Shown here in pieces: positions 40,432 through 49,061 of a stretch of 64,000 bases of DNA. The stretch comes from a virus (taxonomy: Duplodnaviria > Caudoviricetes): the IMG/VR virus record IMGVR_UViG_3300028048_000002, positions 1-64,000 of that record. The stretch is one strand, 5' to 3'. Position numbers and translations under genes: made by a program. The notes under the pieces were generated by a model, which saw only the letters and a program-made list of their open reading frames with translations, was not told where the DNA came from and did not search any database. Positions within the stretch are counted from its first letter, which is position 1, and the number at the start of each line of letters is the position of its first letter.

Positions 40432-41148
40432 GCTCTCATCAATAAAAGCAACAAAAGCTGCTTCAGGGTTACCACATCGGGGACACGCTATTGTACCACC
40501 ACCCCTTAATCCATAATCCTCTAACTCAGAAATTTTTTCTTGTAAAATAATATAATCAGCGGGTTCCATTTCTCTTTGTAAAGTTAACCGAATAGATACA
40601 GGGTCCATTCTCTGACCACCAATTGATTTTATCATATAACAAATTCTAGCGAACCTGCGATTACTTTTACCAAAAGCATCTTGAAATTGCTTGTCTTTTC
40701 TAGAGTTGAGTATTTCTTGAATTGTAGGTAAATGAATTTCTATATCTTTATTAAATGTAATAAACTCTTCTTTAGAAATAGTAATTCTATTCTCAAAATC
40801 CGGTGGAAGAGGTTTACATCCAACAGTTTCTAAATTAGCTAAATATTCACCTCTAGTAGTGGTTTCACATTTATCGCAAAATATAGCACCAATTTTTACA
40901 TAAGGACCGTAATTAATAAATCTTAAACAACGTAAAACCCAATAGTAATCAATTTCTAGAAGATTTTTAGGTTCGATATCTTCTTCAATACATTTAGGAA
41001 GAATTTTAGTTAACATTGTTTCATCAAAATCTTCAGCACCTACATAATCTAATTCAGATCCAGTAGTTACAGAAGTTAGCGTAAGTTCTCCTGGAATCGT
41101 ATCATATACGGATGAGCCTAATAGTTGAATCTTCTCACTGATTGTCAT
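40366..41148 (-). CDS. tail / baseplate-hub assembly chaperone (T4 gp26-like, two CxxC)
   Basis: LLEIDYYWVLRCLRFINYG...CDKC...LPTI...CPRCG...FFRP; directly upstream of the tape measure. Confidence 0.75.
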   Translation of the reverse strand: MTISEKIQLLGSSVYDTIPGELTLTSVTTGSELDYVGAEDFDETMLTKILPKCIEEDIEPKNLLEIDYYWVLRCLRFINYGPYVKIGAIFCDKCETTTRGEYLANLETVGCKPLPPDFENRITISKEEFITFNKDIEIHLPTIQEILNSRKDKQFQDAFGKSNRRFARICYMIKSIGGQRMDPVSIRLTLQREMEPADYIILQEKISELEDYGLRGGGTIACPRCGNPEAAFVAFIDESFFRPDMACLRRWRDDRSRREA

Positions 41149-41219
41149 AAATTTACCTACCTCCAAAGGTTTTGAAGTTTTATCACATATGAATGAAAGG
41201 TTTCAAAATATTCAATGAT

Positions 41220-41399
41220 TCAAAATTTACGTTTAAATTGATATGACTGTGTAGTATAAGAAGGTTTATAGCTATACTGCAGTGTTCCTACGAATTTATA
41301 GGATTCACAAGAATTGCTATATGCGAACTTCGGGCCATATTTAAAACAACTTCCAATACTTGTGTTATACCAATAGCAATTTATGCAATGCTTTATCAT
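41220..41399 (-). CDS. small Cys-rich protein (MIKHCINCYWYN...SCFKY...SCESY), 59 aa
   Basis: Not in the ORF track; ATGA overlap with the deaminase stop; CxxC...C...C pattern. Confidence 0.5.
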   Translation of the reverse strand: MIKHCINCYWYNTSIGSCFKYGPKFAYSNSCESYKFVGTLQYSYKPSYTTQSYQFKRKF

Positions 41400-41935
41400 A
41401 AATCACAACATCCAAACGGTTTATCAAGATGCCCAGTAGTATAATAAACTTTTTGAATTCCCAGGTCTTGAAGAGCGTGTGCACATGCAGGGCAAGGAAG
41501 AGCTAACCCTGTACATCCCTCTAAACCCGGAGCTACTCTAAAAATATACACCTCTACATGCTTCCAATCAAGTTTCTGCATAACTGGATAAGGTATATGC
41601 TTAATTGCATCTATTTCAGCATGTAGACTATGGACTATCAAATTAGAATCATCTGTAATATTCCAATCTCGATATTTTTCATTATATCTTTTTTGTATAG
41701 GATCTGTTTTTAATTTATTGTGACCCTTACCAATTACATGATTCTTATATACTATAACACATCCAAGCTTTGCTGCGCTAAAATCGCTTTTAAAGGCTTC
41801 ATTGCGTGCAAGCAAAAACCATTTTTTTGCATATTGAGGAAATTCCGAAAGTTCAAGCCAGCTATCTAGATGCTTAGAAGTAGTATAAGAAATCAAATCT
41901 ATTTGATATTTAGTCAATCTGCTTGAAGTTCTCAT
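41396..41935 (-). CDS. zinc-dependent cytidine/dCMP deaminase-family protein
   Basis: LGCVIV...G.N...LHAEIDAI...PCPAC...GIQKVYY. Confidence 0.85.
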   Translation of the reverse strand: MRTSSRLTKYQIDLISYTTSKHLDSWLELSEFPQYAKKWFLLARNEAFKSDFSAAKLGCVIVYKNHVIGKGHNKLKTDPIQKRYNEKYRDWNITDDSNLIVHSLHAEIDAIKHIPYPVMQKLDWKHVEVYIFRVAPGLEGCTGLALPCPACAHALQDLGIQKVYYTTGHLDKPFGCCDL

Positions 41936-42302
41936 CTTTGTCTTCACAAGGTTCAGAATTTGCATTATGCAATCGATTAATAAATTCAAGTACAGCAGAA
42001 TAATCAATACATTCAGAAGTCAAATTACGTCCATAATCAATAATATCATAGACAATTTTTTCTTCTTCAGTTGGTTCAGGATAATGAATTTCTGCATAAT
42101 CAACTAATTGACCATCAACTTCAACATATGCAGATTTATCTGAACCAAAGTATACAGCAGAAATTTTACCTGTAATACATGTATCATCTTCAAAAACTAC
42201 CTTAGCTCGATGCCCTGGAATTACATATTTATTATCAGTGTAGTATTTAGGCCACTGAAATCCTTCAGGCATGAAATTGTTTGAAAGTTTTTCAAATTTC
42301 AT
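41910..42302 (-). CDS. hypothetical protein
   Basis: AGGAG Shine-Dalgarno; TCGTT motif 40 bp upstream. Confidence 0.65.
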   Translation of the reverse strand: MKFEKLSNNFMPEGFQWPKYYTDNKYVIPGHRAKVVFEDDTCITGKISAVYFGSDKSAYVEVDGQLVDYAEIHYPEPTEEEKIVYDIIDYGRNLTSECIDYSAVLEFINRLHNANSEPCEDKDENFKQID

Positions 42303-42333
42303 AAAATCTCCTAACTGTTACTAATAAAATGTA

Positions 42334-42378
42334 AAGCTGTTAACGATGATAAGAATATTTTACCATCGCTAACAGCTT
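42334..42378. terminator. hairpin whose arm overlaps a TCGTT promoter motif
   Basis: aagctgttaacgatg / catcgctaacagctt. Confidence 0.6.
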
Positions 42379-42393
42379 GATTACTAGCATTTA

Positions 42394-42684
42394 CTAATGA
42401 ATATACAACCTATTGTAAGAACTCTGTTTTTGATATGGTGACAAATCTTCACCTAGGACCTCATGAAGTTTAGAAGTATCAAAGTTTCTAGTGATGCAGC
42501 AAGAATAACTAAGGGTATAATTCGGACCTACTACTTTTTCTTTAGGCTGAATTTCATTATATTCGAGATAATCGAAAATCTGTGCTTTAATTTCAGCAAG
42601 TTCAGCATCAAGTGAAGCTTTCTGAGATTGGAGTTTGCGATACCTAGCAATAGCACTTCTAAGTTCATTTTTATTATGACACAT
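42394..42684 (-). CDS. small coiled-coil protein, probably early
   Basis: AAAAGGAGG Shine-Dalgarno before MCHNKNEL; sigma70 promoter upstream. Confidence 0.65.
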   Translation of the reverse strand: MCHNKNELRSAIARYRKLQSQKASLDAELAEIKAQIFDYLEYNEIQPKEKVVGPNYTLSYSCCITRNFDTSKLHEVLGEDLSPYQKQSSYNRLYIH

Positions 42685-42728
42685 GAGTTCCTCCTTTTGG
42701 ATTATTGATATATCATGTACACACATAT

Positions 42729-42757
42729 ATGATAGTATAGATTTATATGAAAGTCAA
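42729..42757 (-). promoter_or_regulatory. sigma70-type promoter TTGACT-N17-TATCAT
   Basis: -35 at 42757-42752, -10 at 42734-42729. Confidence 0.75.
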
Positions 42758-42786
42758 TAGCAATATAAACTACCTTTTAATAAATT

Positions 42787-43125
42787 TTAAATTTCATATT
42801 CTTTAAATGTTACAAACTTAGGCAATTTATAATTCCTAATAATACGTTTCTGAATACTTTCGTCTACAAGCATTTTAGGAGTTCCAGAAACTTCAAACTT
42901 ATATTTCTGAGTATCATATTTTACTTCGCCATGGGTGTAATAATCCCAAGGTTTATTTGGTAAGTTGTTAGACTTTCTAACCCTCTCCCAATAATCTTCA
43001 TGCGTTCCAGGGATTTTTATATATCTACCGTCATTAACTACTTCACCTTCATCAAATACTTCTCTAATTCCAAAGATTTGATCATAAACACACCAGAAAA
43101 CTCCTACATACATGCTATCACTCAT
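42787..43125 (-). CDS. hypothetical protein
   Basis: AAGGAG Shine-Dalgarno; VGVFW...HEDYW...DYYTHGEVKYD. Confidence 0.65.
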   Translation of the reverse strand: MSDSMYVGVFWCVYDQIFGIREVFDEGEVVNDGRYIKIPGTHEDYWERVRKSNNLPNKPWDYYTHGEVKYDTQKYKFEVSGTPKMLVDESIQKRIIRNYKLPKFVTFKEYEI

Positions 43126-43140
43126 TTGAGGTACTCCTTT

Positions 43141-45159
43141 TTAAGATATCATATCAATAAATTGATCCTCAGAAATTATTTCAATCCCGAGCTCATTAGC
43201 TTTCTTATTTTTAGAAGAAGTAGAGTTCACGTCATTGTTAACGAGATAAGATGTTTTCTTAGAAACTGAAGAACTGACGTTCCCTCCTAACTTACGTATC
43301 ACAGACTCTAATTCTCCTCTGTTCTTATACTTATGTAAAGAACCAGTTATTACAAACGTTTTTCCTTCTAACACATCCAAATCATTAAAAGGTTTTTCAG
43401 GACTAAATTGTAAATGTTGTAGTAACTCTTCAAACTCTGCTACGTTTCTCTCATCATGTAGCCATTTCAAAATACTAACCTCAACGATTGGACCTATTCC
43501 TTTAATAGTTGAAAAAGCTAAATACTTTGCATCTAAAAACTTATTAGGATCATTATTGAAATACTGAGAAATAGCTCGAGATTGTGAGTTTCCAATATTT
43601 GAAATACCAATACCGGAAAGTAAGTTTTCCAAACTTGTATTTCTAGAAATTTGGATACTTTTCCACAAATTATCCCATGATTTAGATCCAAACCCTTCCA
43701 GATTTTTGATTTCTTCTGAATATCTGTCTAATGTATAAATATCGCTAAAAGTTTTTAAATATCCTAAGTTCACAAACTTTGTAATAGTAGCTTCAGATAA
43801 TCCTTCAATGTTCATTGAAGTTCGTTCACAAAAATGCTCAAATTTGTAAATCAGTTTTGCAGGACAATTAGAATTCATACAGTATACAGATTTAACATTG
43901 TCTTTTGATATAGATAAGCTGCCAAGTGTTAAACATGATGGGCATTTAGGCTTAAACTCATCATAGAATGTACTATCAGTATATTCTGGACTTTCAGATA
44001 GATTTTCTACAATCTGAGGAATTATTTTGTTCGACTTGATTACTTTAACAGTATCCCCAATATGCAGATGCATCTTTTCCATGATAGAATAATTATGCAA
44101 AGAAGCTCTACTTACCGTAGTACCTTCTAACTCTACAGAATCAAAAACAGCTACCGGGTTCAATAGGCCGGTACGAGATGGAGACCATTCAATACTTCTG
44201 AGAATTGATTCCCTCTCTTCATCCTTCCACTTTAATGCATACCCACGCAATATATGAGGATGATGTTCAGTACCTTCTAGTTTATCGGTGAATGTCGTAT
44301 CATTATATGCTCCAACTAATCCGTCAACAGGATACTCAAAAGTTGTTGGATCAAATTCATCTATTGCATCTTCTATACTACCATAACCATCAATACCCCA
44401 TACAGAAGTATAAACAAAAGGTACTACACTAAAACAATTTTGCTGCCCAAACAGAAGCCGCTGATAAAAATTCATGCTTTTCATATCAGGATGATCTACA
44501 AGTTCGAACATGAAAAATTGAAGGTGACGATTTTTCACCTCTTCAGAATCTAACATGGTAAGCGTTGCACTAGCTAAATTACGAGGATTCTTAAATTTTT
44601 TATCATCATCTAATTTTGAATTTATAGTTTTAAACCACTCATAAGACATTACAACTTCGCCGCGGACTGTAAACTTATTATCATCAGTAACTGTAATCGG
44701 TATACCTGCAATTTTAACCGCATTGTGTGTTACATCTTGACCAATATACCCGTCGCCACGAGTGACAGCTTGTTGCAACCGACCATGATTGTAAGTAAGT
44801 TGAAGAGTGCAACCATCAAGTTTCCACATAACAACAGCCTTATCTGTGGAATTATGGTTTACTCCAAACACTCCTGCAAATATCAATTTATCTTTTGTTT
44901 TATCAAGAGATTTTGCTGGAAATTCATGTTTCACTTTTTGAAGTTTAGAATCCTTAACTGGTGACCCTACATTATTTGTTGGACTGTCTGGAAGAATTAT
45001 GTTATACTTCTTTTCTAGATTTTGAAGCTCCTCTAGCAAAGAATCATATTCATGATCTGTTAATACTTCACGGCCATTATAATACGCATCTGAAGCTCGA
45101 TTTAAAACGTTCACAAGTTCTTGCATCTTAACTTTAGGTTCTAATTCGAATAATTTCAT
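43141..45159 (-). CDS. ligA: NAD-dependent DNA ligase
   Basis: KLDG adenylation motif, TRGDG, RGE, NPRN, SRTG, C4 zinc finger, HhH repeats, BRCT (FVITGSL...VSKKTSYLV). Confidence 0.96.
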   Translation of the reverse strand: MKLFELEPKVKMQELVNVLNRASDAYYNGREVLTDHEYDSLLEELQNLEKKYNIILPDSPTNNVGSPVKDSKLQKVKHEFPAKSLDKTKDKLIFAGVFGVNHNSTDKAVVMWKLDGCTLQLTYNHGRLQQAVTRGDGYIGQDVTHNAVKIAGIPITVTDDNKFTVRGEVVMSYEWFKTINSKLDDDKKFKNPRNLASATLTMLDSEEVKNRHLQFFMFELVDHPDMKSMNFYQRLLFGQQNCFSVVPFVYTSVWGIDGYGSIEDAIDEFDPTTFEYPVDGLVGAYNDTTFTDKLEGTEHHPHILRGYALKWKDEERESILRSIEWSPSRTGLLNPVAVFDSVELEGTTVSRASLHNYSIMEKMHLHIGDTVKVIKSNKIIPQIVENLSESPEYTDSTFYDEFKPKCPSCLTLGSLSISKDNVKSVYCMNSNCPAKLIYKFEHFCERTSMNIEGLSEATITKFVNLGYLKTFSDIYTLDRYSEEIKNLEGFGSKSWDNLWKSIQISRNTSLENLLSGIGISNIGNSQSRAISQYFNNDPNKFLDAKYLAFSTIKGIGPIVEVSILKWLHDERNVAEFEELLQHLQFSPEKPFNDLDVLEGKTFVITGSLHKYKNRGELESVIRKLGGNVSSSVSKKTSYLVNNDVNSTSSKNKKANELGIEIISEDQFIDMIS

Positions 45160-45186
45160 ACTAACCTAACTATCATAACACAATTA

Positions 45187-45666
45187 TTAAGGCAACTTCG
45201 TATAATCTGGGCATTCTAAACTATTTGGAACATAATTTGGATTACTTAAATTTTCTTCCGTATCACAATCTCCATCAATATACGATTGCAAAGGAGTTTT
45301 ACCTTCAACATAAGATTTAACTAGATTATGATCAAGATTCCAAGCATATTTAGTGTAGTCCCAATTTGTAATTTCTGGAAAATCTTGATACGAAGTTTTC
45401 ATAAATTTGTTTAATTCATTTTTCATAGTAGCATTAAGTTTCACTATATGCTTACCTTTATGTGGCTTAACATATTTAGGTGAATCAAATCTAATTCTGG
45501 ATATTGAAGATGAAGATGAATATGAATCACTATCATAAAATTTAAAATAGCAATCACCGATTCTATTTGAGTCAGGATTAACAGCTACCATATATGCTGG
45601 TTTGCTATTCCTGCCAATTGTAGTCATTGCATATACTTCTTCTGGATATCTTATTAACTTTTTCAT
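45187..45666 (-). CDS. hypothetical protein with MKKLIRYPEEVYA|M leader (candidate head cargo)
   Basis: GAAGGA Shine-Dalgarno before the internal Met; leader ends in V-x-A. Confidence 0.6.
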   Translation of the reverse strand: MKKLIRYPEEVYAMTTIGRNSKPAYMVAVNPDSNRIGDCYFKFYDSDSYSSSSSISRIRFDSPKYVKPHKGKHIVKLNATMKNELNKFMKTSYQDFPEITNWDYTKYAWNLDHNLVKSYVEGKTPLQSYIDGDCDTEENLSNPNYVPNSLECPDYTKLP

Positions 45667-45731
45667 AAGATGTTCCTTCTTAATAAAGTTAATTGACGAT
45701 ATTATGATTATAAAGAAGTATTCATCAAAAA

Positions 45732-46016
45732 TCAATGTCTAGCTAAACAATTTTGGCAATATTTTTGTTTGCTAGATTTTGGAGTATACAATTGACCGCA
45801 ATTTAAGCATGTTTTTTCAGAATATTTAGAATTACTTCTAGCTAATTTGGAACTACAAGATTTTGAACAAGTTTTTGGTTCATATTGAGCTTTAGCATTA
45901 TATGAAAACATTTTTCCGCAAACTACACACTTTTTATAATGTGGACCTGTGCAGTACTTACCACGTCCGTAATCTATGAATTCCTTACCACAAATTACAC
46001 AATGTTTCAATGCCAT
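45732..46016 (-). CDS. small zinc-finger repeat protein (three CxxCG...C units)
   Basis: CVICGKEF, CVVCGKMF, CLNCGQLY...KYCQNC. Confidence 0.7.
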   Translation of the reverse strand: MALKHCVICGKEFIDYGRGKYCTGPHYKKCVVCGKMFSYNAKAQYEPKTCSKSCSSKLARSNSKYSEKTCLNCGQLYTPKSSKQKYCQNCLARH

Positions 46017-46048
46017 ATTAAATTCTCATCTACTAGTCATATACTTAA

Positions 46049-46813
46049 TTATTCAGATACATCCGAAGTTTTAATTTCATTATCTATATCCCAAGGCAGT
46101 AAACCTGATTTTCTTTGTTCAAATATTTCATTTATACGCAAATAAGCTAAATATAAATTTTTAGCTTCTTCCAATGTTATTGGGTCTTTATAACCAAATA
46201 ACATATCCAATTCATGTAATACTAAATGCCCACCAGGAACTAAATTAATTAAATTTTCACACCAGTTACCATGATTTAAAGCAGGCATGAAACTATAACG
46301 AAAATCAGTACAGCGCTCCTCTTGTCCAACTGATATAAAGTCAGAATGTCTCCAAGAAGGCTCCTCATATAATTTATCCCAATGTTGCTCTGAACTAAAA
46401 TTATATGAACAATTACTGTAATTAGATTTCAATAGACCTGAAACAGTTACATCTACATAGGATACATGGATACGTTTAGACAAGCGTACTAACCATGCAG
46501 AAAATTCTTTCAAAGTATCATCATAGTATCTATCACGTAGATGGCAATTTAAAGTAATGATATAAGAAGATTGTTTATCAAACCAACCATGATTTTGATA
46601 TCTGTGTAAATTTGAAAATTGACCGAATTCATCATGATTACATGTTTGGTCGTATGAATGAATTACGTTTACATACCAATCCATGCAACCTTCAGATCCA
46701 GTAACTAATGGTAGATGGTCTAATACAGTATTAAGTACAAATGTCTTTGCATGCTGATTGTCCCCTACTGGACAAACTGTTATATTACCTCTAATTGATG
46801 TCCATGCACTCAT
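46049..46813 (-). CDS. hypothetical protein; true start MSAWTSIRG
   Basis: GGAG Shine-Dalgarno at 46820-46823; the longer track start lies inside another reading frame. Confidence 0.65.
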   Translation of the reverse strand: MSAWTSIRGNITVCPVGDNQHAKTFVLNTVLDHLPLVTGSEGCMDWYVNVIHSYDQTCNHDEFGQFSNLHRYQNHGWFDKQSSYIITLNCHLRDRYYDDTLKEFSAWLVRLSKRIHVSYVDVTVSGLLKSNYSNCSYNFSSEQHWDKLYEEPSWRHSDFISVGQEERCTDFRYSFMPALNHGNWCENLINLVPGGHLVLHELDMLFGYKDPITLEEAKNLYLAYLRINEIFEQRKSGLLPWDIDNEIKTSDVSE

Positions 46814-47039
46814 GGCGATCTCCGTTACTCTTATAGCCGTAAATCTTCTGTTCGTATACGTACCTGCATTGATAGCTGTGAATTTCTGCGCCACAGTAGA
46901 TGCAGTGGTACTTCTTGCCGTCTCACGAAACAAGCGGAACATATCTGATATGCTGATCGCAATCAGACGCAATTATGTCTATGTTCGTAAGTCACTTACC
47001 TTGCCAATAGCTGCCTAGCTTGAGATTCGTCCAGATCAT
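46791..47039 (-). pseudogene. 82-codon zinc-ribbon-like ORF interrupted by two in-frame TGA codons (pseudogene or TGA=Trp gene)
   Basis: TGATG-coupled start at 47039; TGA at 46994-46992 and 46925-46923; ends TAG at 46791; HCIYCG motif. Confidence 0.5.
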
Positions 47040-47224
47040 CACGCATCACCTCTCAACTCGTCGTACTCTTCTGCAAGCTGTTGGGCCCGTTTGAAAAGCG
47101 CATTCCCATACTTGTAATCGCCAAGCAGATACGCTTGCTCTGCTTCCCTGTTCGCCGCAACGCACATCTTGAGCAGCCTGCGTTCTTCTCGCCTTTTCTT
47201 GAAACGTTCTGACAAACTCATCAC
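47039..47224 (-). CDS. small hypothetical protein (island)
   Basis: Coupled stop/start on both sides; ends RGDA. Confidence 0.6.
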   Translation of the reverse strand: MMSLSERFKKRREERRLLKMCVAANREAEQAYLLGDYKYGNALFKRAQQLAEEYDELRGDA

Positions 47225-47496
47225 GCATCACTCTTCAGCCATTCGATCAGCGCGTCGTAATCGCGTGGCTCGGCACTACTCGGACACGCAGGCGCATCGT
47301 CGAACGGGCAGTTCGGGTAGCACGTGCCGATGTCTTCGCATTCTTTCCGTACCGTTATCATCGTCCGTGCCGCCCGATCAGGCGTTCCGAAAAGCCGCTC
47401 CCAGTTCGTCTCGGTCTTCGGCAGGCCGCACACCGCGATGTCATCTGCCCGATACTCACAGGTCGTGCGCTTGCACGTGTCGCAGATTCCGCTCAT
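47221..47496 (-). CDS. Cys-rich hypothetical protein (island); paralogous to 48285..48638
   Basis: GGAGGAGG Shine-Dalgarno; WERLFGTPDRAART...YDALIEWLKSDA. Confidence 0.65.
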   Translation of the reverse strand: MSGICDTCKRTTCEYRADDIAVCGLPKTETNWERLFGTPDRAARTMITVRKECEDIGTCYPNCPFDDAPACPSSAEPRDYDALIEWLKSDA

Positions 47497-47831
47497 ACGA
47501 CTTCCTCCTCCCATTGGCGGTCAGCCCAGCCTTGAATCTCGTCCACGTCCGCACCCTCGCGAATCAGACCGTCGAGCTGTTGCAGGCACGCCTTCACGCC
47601 GTTCTCGAACCCGGCATCGTAACGGGCATCCTCGGCATCTTGCAGCCTGTTCAGCAGGCTGATGATGGTATCGGCGGCTTCCTCCATGCGGCTGGCCGAA
47701 TCGAGCATCGTGAGCGCCATCAGCTCCTTCGTGGACGGCACGACAAGCAGAGAGGCCAGCCCGTCCACGTGCGCCCACAGCAGCTTCGCCTTGTCTCGCA
47801 GCTCATCGGCCTGGTGGCTCAGCATGCTCAT
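47493..47831 (-). CDS. helical hypothetical protein (island)
   Basis: ATGA overlaps; RMEEAADTI.SL block shared with 48635..49048. Confidence 0.65.
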   Translation of the reverse strand: MSMLSHQADELRDKAKLLWAHVDGLASLLVVPSTKELMALTMLDSASRMEEAADTIISLLNRLQDAEDARYDAGFENGVKACLQQLDGLIREGADVDEIQGWADRQWEEEVV

Positions 47832-48094
47832 TCCGCATCAGTGTTGGTGCTGAACGCTGGGTTTATGCCCGTGCACGTCACCTTCGGAGTGCCGTCCCAA
47901 TTGGTCGGCAGCTTCGTCGTGTCAACCCATGTAGCATGCGGGTACGTGATGCTCGGGTAATTAGACTTCACCCTGTACTCGGTCATCGCATCGAGTATCA
48001 CTTCGCGCAGCGCATCAGAAGCGTCTTTATCGGACTCGCGCATCCTCATGCTCACATAAGCATCGAGGATGTGCTCTGCCTGTTCTCGGTTCAT
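47828..48094 (-). CDS. hypothetical protein (island)
   Basis: ATGA overlaps; GAGGAGG Shine-Dalgarno. Confidence 0.6.
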   Translation of the reverse strand: MNREQAEHILDAYVSMRMRESDKDASDALREVILDAMTEYRVKSNYPSITYPHATWVDTTKLPTNWDGTPKVTCTGINPAFSTNTDAE

Positions 48095-48288
48095 TCCGCA
48101 TCCCTCCTCAGCTCCACCTTCACGTCATAGGCGTGAAACCATCCTTGGCTGCTCATCAGCAACTTGCCGCCGCAAAATCGGCATGTCGCGTGTTCGCTGA
48201 TTTCCATGTATGGGAAGTGCTCGGTGCCGCGCAGCGGATACGCCCACCCGAGATGGTCATGCATGAAACGCCTGATTCGCTCCATCAC
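48091..48288 (-). CDS. small zinc-ribbon protein (island)
   Basis: HATCRFCGGKLLMSSQGWF; coupled on both sides. Confidence 0.6.
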   Translation of the reverse strand: MMERIRRFMHDHLGWAYPLRGTEHFPYMEISEHATCRFCGGKLLMSSQGWFHAYDVKVELRRDAE

Positions 48289-48638
48289 GCATCACCCCTC
48301 AGCCATTCGAGCAGCGCGTCGTAACCGTGCTTTTCGTCCACCCACGCGCAGATTTCTGGCGGTAGCTCGCACGTTTCACCGTGCTCGTCATGGCAGCACG
48401 GGCAATCGGCGCAGCGTAGGAAACCGCCGCAGTAGTCAATCCACGTCCGCGCCGCCCGCTCGGGCGTCCCGAACAGCTGATGCCAGTGGCTATGCCCGTC
48501 GACGGCCTTGTATTCCTTGTCGGTTTCCCAGGCGTGGATGACCTCCCCACCGCCCCACGGCTTCGGCCCCGCGATGCGCATATCATCGAGCGCAAGGCAA
48601 CAGCCTTCTACACCGCGTATAACTTCGAACTTGCTCAT
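48285..48638 (-). CDS. two-part hypothetical protein (island)
   Basis: GVEGCCL...RIAGPKPWGGG N-domain plus LFGTPERAART Cys-rich C-domain. Confidence 0.65.
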   Translation of the reverse strand: MSKFEVIRGVEGCCLALDDMRIAGPKPWGGGEVIHAWETDKEYKAVDGHSHWHQLFGTPERAARTWIDYCGGFLRCADCPCCHDEHGETCELPPEICAWVDEKHGYDALLEWLRGDA

Positions 48639-49048
48639 TCATCCACCACCTTTCTGCCGCAATTTGGGCAGCATAAAAATGGTTTCTCATTCCATGGTTT
48701 AACGTTTCCGTAATACGCCCTAAACGTCTGGTAATCGTCCCAGCACGCTTGAAGCGGCTGCGGGAGATCGGTCATGCATTTCGTGCAAAAATACGCGCCG
48801 TCATACTCTCGGCCTGCGTCGGTGCCATAAGACTCGCCGCGCCACTCTATGCTGCACGTCTCGCCAACCGCTTGTAGCTTATCCCACAAACTCTCGATCG
48901 TGTCGGCGGCTTCCTCCATGCGCACAGCTATATCATGCGCAACAAAAGAGCTTGTTGGGTTGTTGTACCCAAACGAGATGCCGATTTCATTCAACAATTT
49001 TGCTGCTTCACGCAGTTCCACGGACATATGTATCGCCGCCTGTACCAT
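48635..49048 (-). CDS. zinc-ribbon hypothetical protein (island)
   Basis: FCTKC...CCPNCGRKVV. Confidence 0.65.
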   Translation of the reverse strand: MVQAAIHMSVELREAAKLLNEIGISFGYNNPTSSFVAHDIAVRMEEAADTIESLWDKLQAVGETCSIEWRGESYGTDAGREYDGAYFCTKCMTDLPQPLQACWDDYQTFRAYYGNVKPWNEKPFLCCPNCGRKVVDE

Positions 49049-49061
49049 TAGACTCGTGCTA

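Larger units (their letters stand above)
46820..49055 (-). mobile_element. GC-rich (roughly 55-60%) island of small tandem genes, apparently acquired from a high-GC phage
   Basis: Abrupt compositional shift; seven TGA-terminated, translationally coupled ORFs; no integrase or transposase. Confidence 0.8.

Noticed and set aside
41166-41396. Possible structured ncRNA or tRNA in the gap
   Set aside because: No cloverleaf or T-loop consensus. The gap is explained by a 59-aa Cys-rich ORF and an ACCTT motif.
45732-46016. HNH homing endonuclease or intron
   Set aside because: Only zinc-finger repeats are present. There is no HNH or GIY-YIG catalytic motif and no split host gene.
46814-46972. Extended N-terminus of the 307-aa ORF in the track
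   Set aside because: A Shine-Dalgarno plus ATG at 46813 is the better start, and the extension overlaps the TGA-interrupted ORF in another frame.
47169-48713. Plus-strand ORFs in the GC island, including the 263-aa 47169..47960
   Set aside because: They are antisense shadows caused by low stop-codon frequency in GC-rich DNA. The minus-strand genes have Shine-Dalgarno sites and coupled stop/start junctions.
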